Below are positions 17,126 to 21,483 of a DNA stretch of 21,483 nucleotides, in pieces. Source of the DNA: an uncultured virus (IMG/VR IMGVR_UViG_3300035689_000001) (Duplodnaviria > Heunggongvirae > Uroviricota > Caudoviricetes); the IMG/VR virus record IMGVR_UViG_3300035689_000001. One strand, given 5' to 3'. Under the pieces are notes generated by a model. It saw only the letters and a list, made by a program, of their open reading frames with translations. It did no database searches and was not told the DNA's origin. Made by a program: the position numbers and the translations under genes. Position 1 is the stretch's first letter. The number at the start of each line of letters is the position of its first letter.

Positions 17126-18351
17126 CAGACGATCTCCTGTTGGGATTGGGGTAATGGTTCTGAAGTGGCAGGGCGTGGAGCCGTCACTGGGGTTAAGACT
17201 GACGTAATCATCAGGAGCCAGATCAGTACCTGCCGATAATACTCAATCAATTGCTCACGGGGGTCAGGGGCGTTGTGGACGTGGACATTGTTTTCGTAAT
17301 CGTTCAAGATTAATTGCCTGCACTGCTGCCGCGCCACATATTCATTATTCAGGTGTCGGGCAAACCGCTTCAAGAATATCTGTTTACGGCCTGGGTCAGG
17401 GTAGGTTTCAAGCAAAAAGTCCCGGTACTGAATCCAGGAGCTGAAATTTTGGGGTAGCGTCCGGGCCTTGAACATTTTGCTGTTTTTGCCCGTCTCCTGC
17501 GCGAACGCAATCCCCTTGATGCGCTTACATAGCTTCTCATAGGTTCTGGGTTCAAACTCTGGCAGTTCACAGATGCTTTTGAACGATCGCTCATGGATCA
17601 GGCTGGAGCAGCGGATTTCACTAATCCCCATCCCCTTCATGAACTGCCAATCATAGATTTTTGAATACCGGATTTTTTCGTCGTAGATGTAGCGCCACAC
17701 ATCATGGAAGTTCCAGTCAAAGATTGGGGAAATGCTGGCATTGCCGTTACCCCGGTTGGTTGCGTAGTAAACATCCTGTCCATTGATCGGGACAGGATGT
17801 TTCACCATTGCCCGCCAGCGGTTTGGCCCTTCGGTTGCCCGCAACCCCAGCAAGAATGCCGTATTGGTGTAGCACCGCTCAAAGTTTTCGATCACGTCAT
17901 AGTAATCAAACCCGATCGCCTTATTGCGGATCGTTGGATTATCCCCCCAAGGCGGCGAGATAATGTTGTTTTTCCCCTTGGGTCGCATCCATTCTTTGTG
18001 CTTGCCCTTCTCCCATGCGACCAGATAGGGTTCAGTCAAGGATGTAGCGTTCGTCAGATTAAATTCAACCTGGAGCCACAACCGATTGGTGTTCTCCGGG
18101 TACAGGTTCATCAGGTATTCCACCTGGTCGATTGTGGATTGATAGACCACCTCTTCATCAAAGAAGAATAGCCCTACCTTCCGGTTGCGCCGCCGCGCTT
18201 CCAGCAGGGCCAGGTGTGCCAGAACTGTCGAATCTTTCCCGCCCGATATGCTAACGATGATGTTGTCATAGGAGTCGAAGAGAAAGCTGATGCGCTCCCG
18301 TGCCGCTTCCAACACATTTTTCGTTTTGCTCACCGAATGAACCAGCATCAT
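17125..18351 (-). CDS. IbrA-like PAPS-reductase/DUF3440-type PP-loop protein, ~408 aa
   Basis: NVLEAARERISFLF..SISGGKDS..FFDEE..LGLRATEGPNR..SPIFDW..DVWRY. AGGAGG RBS before ATG 18351; directly upstream of the IbrB-like gene. Confidence 0.88.
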   Translation of the reverse strand: MMLVHSVSKTKNVLEAARERISFLFDSYDNIIVSISGGKDSTVLAHLALLEARRRNRKVGLFFFDEEVVYQSTIDQVEYLMNLYPENTNRLWLQVEFNLTNATSLTEPYLVAWEKGKHKEWMRPKGKNNIISPPWGDNPTIRNKAIGFDYYDVIENFERCYTNTAFLLGLRATEGPNRWRAMVKHPVPINGQDVYYATNRGNGNASISPIFDWNFHDVWRYIYDEKIRYSKIYDWQFMKGMGISEIRCSSLIHERSFKSICELPEFEPRTYEKLCKRIKGIAFAQETGKNSKMFKARTLPQNFSSWIQYRDFLLETYPDPGRKQIFLKRFARHLNNEYVARQQCRQLILNDYENNVHVHNAPDPREQLIEYYRQVLIWLLMITSVLTPVTAPRPATSEPLPQSQQEIV

Positions 18352-19276
18352 GAACCTCCTGCAGGAGAGTGGGTCGATATGGAGTGTGGGGAATCTGGGC
18401 GATCGCATTGTTTAGCCGATCAGCCCAATCGCGGTAGCGCTGGAGATACCACTGGTCTACCTTGAGGTCGGTCGTGATGACCGGGACGATAGTTTGGCGG
18501 GTAGTTGCCAGAAAGTCGTTGAATTCAAGGTGGTTGTGGCAAAACTCGAATACGGTGTAGCGATCGCCCATCAGATCATCCCGGTAAGTCGTCAGGTTTG
18601 GGAGTTTGAAGCGGTTGTTTCGCCCAACGTATTGGGTGTCTGGTTCCACGGCCACCAGTTTTGTCTTGCCCGTCGTCAGGTATAGGTTTCGGGGAATCGT
18701 GTGTGGGTCTTTCAGCCCAATATTATCAATCAACTCAGCCTTTTTCTTCTGGTATGCAGACTTCTGCTGAGCCGTTGTTTCAAGCTTAATTTCCTGGAAC
18801 AGCGGCACCACGGGATTGATTATGACCGTGGCGTTAGCTACCAGTTCCCGCGCAAAAGGTTCACGCTTCCACTGGCTGCGGGTATCGAAGTCAAACAGCG
18901 TCATAAAGTCTTCGATCCCGTCGATAAACGGCAGGTATTGGAAGATCAGTTTATGGTGTGTCTGCATCAGGAATTGCCGGATGCAGTTATACGTCAGGTC
19001 GTTGCGGTTTTGTGTCCGGAGGCATTCATGAACGACCAGCAGGGTGCTGTGGTCGATTTCCTGCACAAGCCGATAGTAAACCCTATACTGGACGATTTCG
19101 TTCCTGGGGCCAATCCCGGTCTCTCCCCACAGCACCACTTCATGAGGAATCTCTTCCCCCAGGTCAAGCCGAAACTTGGGAGGACACAGCACCACGACCC
19201 GCTTGATTCCGTGGTCACGGCAATACTGCCGCACCACCTCTAATTTTGCTGCCGTGCCCAACCCCAGATAGATCAT
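18266..19276 (-). CDS. Hypothetical protein, 336 aa; probable degenerate SF2 helicase-like fold
   Basis: Helicase-like strand order (RVVVLCP, LLVVHECLR in place of DExH), but no Walker A motif. ATGA coupling to the GNAT gene. Confidence 0.6.
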   Translation of the reverse strand: MIYLGLGTAAKLEVVRQYCRDHGIKRVVVLCPPKFRLDLGEEIPHEVVLWGETGIGPRNEIVQYRVYYRLVQEIDHSTLLVVHECLRTQNRNDLTYNCIRQFLMQTHHKLIFQYLPFIDGIEDFMTLFDFDTRSQWKREPFARELVANATVIINPVVPLFQEIKLETTAQQKSAYQKKKAELIDNIGLKDPHTIPRNLYLTTGKTKLVAVEPDTQYVGRNNRFKLPNLTTYRDDLMGDRYTVFEFCHNHLEFNDFLATTRQTIVPVITTDLKVDQWYLQRYRDWADRLNNAIAQIPHTPYRPTLLQEVHDAGSFGEQNEKCVGSGTGAHQLSLRLL

Positions 19277-19662
19277 GGCTCCAATCCCAATTTCGTCCGG
19301 TAGACGGTTCCCTGCGACATCTCGTAAGAGCTGATGACCTGGAACCCGTGCGGCGCGTAAAAAGCAGGGCGATACACCAGCGCCTTGATTGCTTTGGATT
19401 GTTTGCTCCGGGCAAGGGCGATCGCCTCTTTCAGGAGGACAGTCCCGTGGCCCCGGTGGCGATGCTCTGCCACCACGTAGAGGGATCTCAGATGCGCAGT
19501 CGCAGGTTGGCCAAAACTCACCCCAGCGCAGCCGATTATTTTGTCCTCGACAAAGCCACCCAACCAGATGGTGTACGGGGTATCCTGCATCGTGACGAGA
19601 TCGCGCACCGCTTCCCGCAACATCTGTTTAATGTCCTGGTAATCAACCTGCCGAACTTCCAT
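19273..19662 (-). CDS. GNAT family N-acetyltransferase, 129 aa
   Basis: LRSLYVVAEHRHRGHGTVLL (motif A) and AFYAPHGF (motif B). TAATG coupling with the upstream gene. Confidence 0.88.
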   Translation of the reverse strand: MEVRQVDYQDIKQMLREAVRDLVTMQDTPYTIWLGGFVEDKIIGCAGVSFGQPATAHLRSLYVVAEHRHRGHGTVLLKEAIALARSKQSKAIKALVYRPAFYAPHGFQVISSYEMSQGTVYRTKLGLEP

Positions 19663-20165
19663 TACTTTCCGAATCCCCTTGGCTTCGGACGTTGTGGGCG
19701 ATCGCCCTGAATCAACGCCAGCGCCAAACATTGCTCAAAATCTGCCAGCCAACTCAGCCCGATCGCTTCCTCAACGGGTAACACCAGGGTGGCGAGCCAG
19801 GGGAGCCGAGCGGGCTTTGCAGGTGGGCGCGATACCGACAGGGTGCCAAACTTTGCCGCCAACCGCAGGTACAGCGACTCAAACCCTTCCCAACACTCCT
19901 GTTCGCTCGCCTGTGTCCAGGCCACCGCATTGGTGTTGAGGATCATCTCACCCTGGTAGATATCAAACAGCGCTGCACCCTCGACTGTCGTGACTTTGAC
20001 GCTGTACCGACTAAACGGTTCAGGTAGCTCCGTCTGGGTCTGGCCTTCCGCCAGTGCCCGGAGTGCAATTGGCCGCAGCAGCTTGATAGCGCCCGGGTCA
20101 AATTGCTTGCCCCCACAGTCGAATGTATCGGCGGTATTGAGGGTGTAGTGCAGGAGATTGGTCAT
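19662..20165 (-). CDS. Hypothetical protein, 167 aa, ending in a KPRGFGK tail
   Basis: GAGGAGG RBS; ATGA overlap with the upstream stop. Confidence 0.75.
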   Translation of the reverse strand: MTNLLHYTLNTADTFDCGGKQFDPGAIKLLRPIALRALAEGQTQTELPEPFSRYSVKVTTVEGAALFDIYQGEMILNTNAVAWTQASEQECWEGFESLYLRLAAKFGTLSVSRPPAKPARLPWLATLVLPVEEAIGLSWLADFEQCLALALIQGDRPQRPKPRGFGK

Positions 20166-20368
20166 TCGACCTCCTCTGCCAGGAGATCCTCTTCTGCCGC
20201 GAGCGATCGCTCTATCAGGAGCCGCGCCTTCTCGTTGTTGGAGTTGGCGTAGTGGGTTCCATCCGGGTGAATCCCGACCGTGAAGCTCGCGCCCTCACTG
20301 TTGCGAACCTCAACCGATTGTCCGGGCTTCAGGTTCGCTGTCGCGGCCCCAAACAACATGATCAGCAT
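20162..20368 (-). CDS. Small hypothetical protein, 68 aa
   Basis: GGAG RBS; coupled to the downstream gene. Confidence 0.6.
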   Translation of the reverse strand: MLIMLFGAATANLKPGQSVEVRNSEGASFTVGIHPDGTHYANSNNEKARLLIERSLAAEEDLLAEEVE

Positions 20369-20394
20369 CTAACTCACTCCAACAGTTCAAGTTC

Positions 20395-20790
20395 TTAAAG
20401 TCGTTGCTCCAAGTCGTTTCCTGGGGCTTCTTCCGGCAGGTAGTAGGCGATCGCATCCAGCAAAATCTCCACGGTGGATATGCCCGTGAAAGAATCCTGA
20501 CCGACCACCAGGATCGTTTCCTTGCTATCAATAATGATGCTGGGGGCGTGACCGCTGAGCTGTTCCAGGATGCGCCACAGCAGATTGAGTCTGTTGTTAA
20601 CCAAGTGACCTGTCAACCAGTCGCTGCCTCGATCTCTACTACCCTGAGATCCCCAGGCTGACAGAAAATCATTGGGAATTCTCAACCGTCCCTGGACGGA
20701 TGCCTCCCCAGGCTTAATGGCACGGGCCAAACGGGCAATCCTGGCGGCATCTTCGGAAACCTTAGGATCGCGAGACTTTCTTTTAATCAC
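20395..20790 (-). CDS. Hypothetical protein, 131 aa, with a basic N-terminus
   Basis: GTG start overlaps the upstream stop; fits the operon tiling. Confidence 0.6.
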   Translation of the reverse strand: MIKRKSRDPKVSEDAARIARLARAIKPGEASVQGRLRIPNDFLSAWGSQGSRDRGSDWLTGHLVNNRLNLLWRILEQLSGHAPSIIIDSKETILVVGQDSFTGISTVEILLDAIAYYLPEEAPGNDLEQRL

Positions 20791-21037
20791 AAAACCAACG
20801 CTGCTCCACCTTGACCTGCCACCCTGAGTCGCCCAACACGACCCTGGGGCAGGGCCGCAGATACTCCTGACCCGAAACCGTTAAGGGCGCGCACCCCTTT
20901 ACATCCCACTGCTTTGCCGTCTGCCGGGTATCCAGAATTTCATCCAGGGCGACTCCATTGACTCGCTGACGGGTAGCGCGATCGCCCAGATCCGCTACCC
21001 GTATAAAGCCATTAAATTCCTGCCGCGTCATTATCAT
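20783..21037 (-). CDS. Small hypothetical protein, ~84 aa
   Basis: GAGGA RBS; first gene after the predicted promoter. The exact start (21046, 21037 or 21031) is uncertain. Confidence 0.6.
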   Translation of the reverse strand: MIMTRQEFNGFIRVADLGDRATRQRVNGVALDEILDTRQTAKQWDVKGCAPLTVSGQEYLRPCPRVVLGDSGWQVKVEQRWFCD

Positions 21038-21068
21038 GATCAACAATCCTCAAATCAGGTATATCAAT

Positions 21069-21098
21069 ATTATTGACAGTAATCACCGTTCTGTCAAT
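21069..21098 (-). promoter_or_regulatory. Sigma70-type promoter (TTGACA-N17-AATAAT) overlapped by an 8-bp inverted repeat
   Basis: The -35 TTGACA is at 21097-21092 and the -10 AATAAT at 21074-21069. Arms ATTGACAG (21072-21079) and CTGTCAAT (21091-21098). Confidence 0.7.
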
Positions 21099-21358
21099 TT
21101 AGACCCTGAATCTTTACAAAGACTCCGCACCCCATCCGACGTTTCCCGCCAAGCCCGTGGATCTGGAGTTTCAGGGATTCTTCAGGGCGCAGATCATTGA
21201 ATCGCACGGAGTAGCCAACGACATCATTGCCGTTCACCCGCATACACCCCCGATCGCCAATCTCCGGTAGGGTATCGATACCAAGGCGTTCTAGTTGTTT
21301 CCCCAGGCACATCGCAAACTTGATGGGTTCGACGCGGGTGCCCTGCCGCAGCTTGATA
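21094..21358 (-). pseudogene. cas6: 3' part of cas6 (Cmx6/type I-MYXAN-like), interrupted by an IS200/IS605 insertion
   Basis: IKLRQGTRVEPIKFAMCLGKQLERLGI..VVGYSVRFNDLRPEESLKLQIHGLGGKRRMGCGVF contains the Cas6 G-rich loop. Homology stops at the IS end, and an in-frame TAG lies just upstream inside the IS hairpin. Confidence 0.85.
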
Positions 21359-21483
21359 TTGACATCCTCCCCACCCTATAGAGGGATGGGGATTCCCAAA
21401 CCTCACGATTTAGGTTTCTGCTTCATCCACGTTTGCGTACACAGACAAGCCATGTTCCCGTCTTACATCATGTCCACAGACTT
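21359..21483 (-). mobile_element. Right end of an IS200/IS605-family (TnpB-type) element, including the 3' part of the omega-RNA scaffold
   Basis: Minus strand reads GAAGCAGAAACCTAAATCGTGAGGTTTGGGAATCCCCATCCCTCTATAGGGTGGGGAGGATGTCAA. This gives two hairpins and the GGAGGATGTCAA terminus characteristic of these right ends. Confidence 0.85.
21410..21483 (-). CDS. tnpB: Probable extreme C-terminal tail of TnpB (partial)
   Basis: VCGHDVRREHGLSVYANVDEAET* resembles the xCG..VR tails of TnpB and sits just before the right-end hairpin. Only ~23 codons are visible. Confidence 0.45.
   Translation of the reverse strand, partial: VCGHDVRREHGLSVYANVDEAET

Larger units (their letters stand above)
756..20985. 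repeat. Dispersed HIP1 octamer GCGATCGC (~43 copies by hand count, ~2 per kb)
   Basis: Examples at 756, 1491, 1520, 1934, 1997, 2765, 4871, 7847, 10635, 11522, 11531, 13396, 18399 and 20978. Fewer than one copy is expected by chance; HIP1 is a hallmark of cyanobacterial DNA. Confidence 0.92.

Noticed and set aside
13844..18351. Canonical dnd/ssp phosphorothioation system or sulfate-assimilation cysH
   Set aside because: No DndB/D/E, SspB/C or cysteine desulfurase is visible, and neither PP-loop protein has the ECG(L/I)H tail of assimilatory CysH.
21224..21406. 60-aa ORF, or a frameshifted N-terminus of cas6
   Set aside because: It runs through the IS right-end hairpin. Insertion, not frameshift, explains the missing cas6 5' half.
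1..21483. CRISPR array accompanying cas6
   Set aside because: No regularly spaced 25-45 bp repeats were seen. The only long repeat has two copies 2.9 kb apart and is coding.

Overview
This is a gene-dense window from a cyanobacterial mobile element (plasmid, ICE or prophage-like). The host call rests on about 43 hand-counted HIP1 octamers (GCGATCGC), a DUF2811 gene and a Cmx6-type cas6. The left half (+ strand, 1-10632) is dominated by a >2870-aa polyvalent protein that starts before the window. It joins the tail of an HsdM-like N6-adenine MTase, about 11 KOW/SH3-like modules, a second complete MTase, DUF4326 and a Cys/His domain. It is followed by a type IIG/PglX-like MTase lacking its catalytic motif and a Zn-finger/HTH/NUMOD1-type DNA-binding protein. 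The right half (- strand, 10629-21483) is one long run of genes. It starts with a cas6 interrupted by the right end of an IS200/IS605 (TnpB-type) element. Then come small ORFs and a tightly coupled candidate DNA-modification cluster: GNAT, degenerate helicase-like protein, IbrA-like PP-loop protein, IbrB-like ParB protein, GT-A glycosyltransferase and permuted MTase. A palindrome-covered promoter then precedes a small acidic ORF, an RHH-like regulator, a coiled-coil protein and a second, CysH-like PP-loop protein. Last is a 2.95-kb block of hypothetical genes bracketed by ~144-bp direct repeats. No CRISPR array, tRNA or rRNA was seen. All family assignments come from motif recognition, not database searches.
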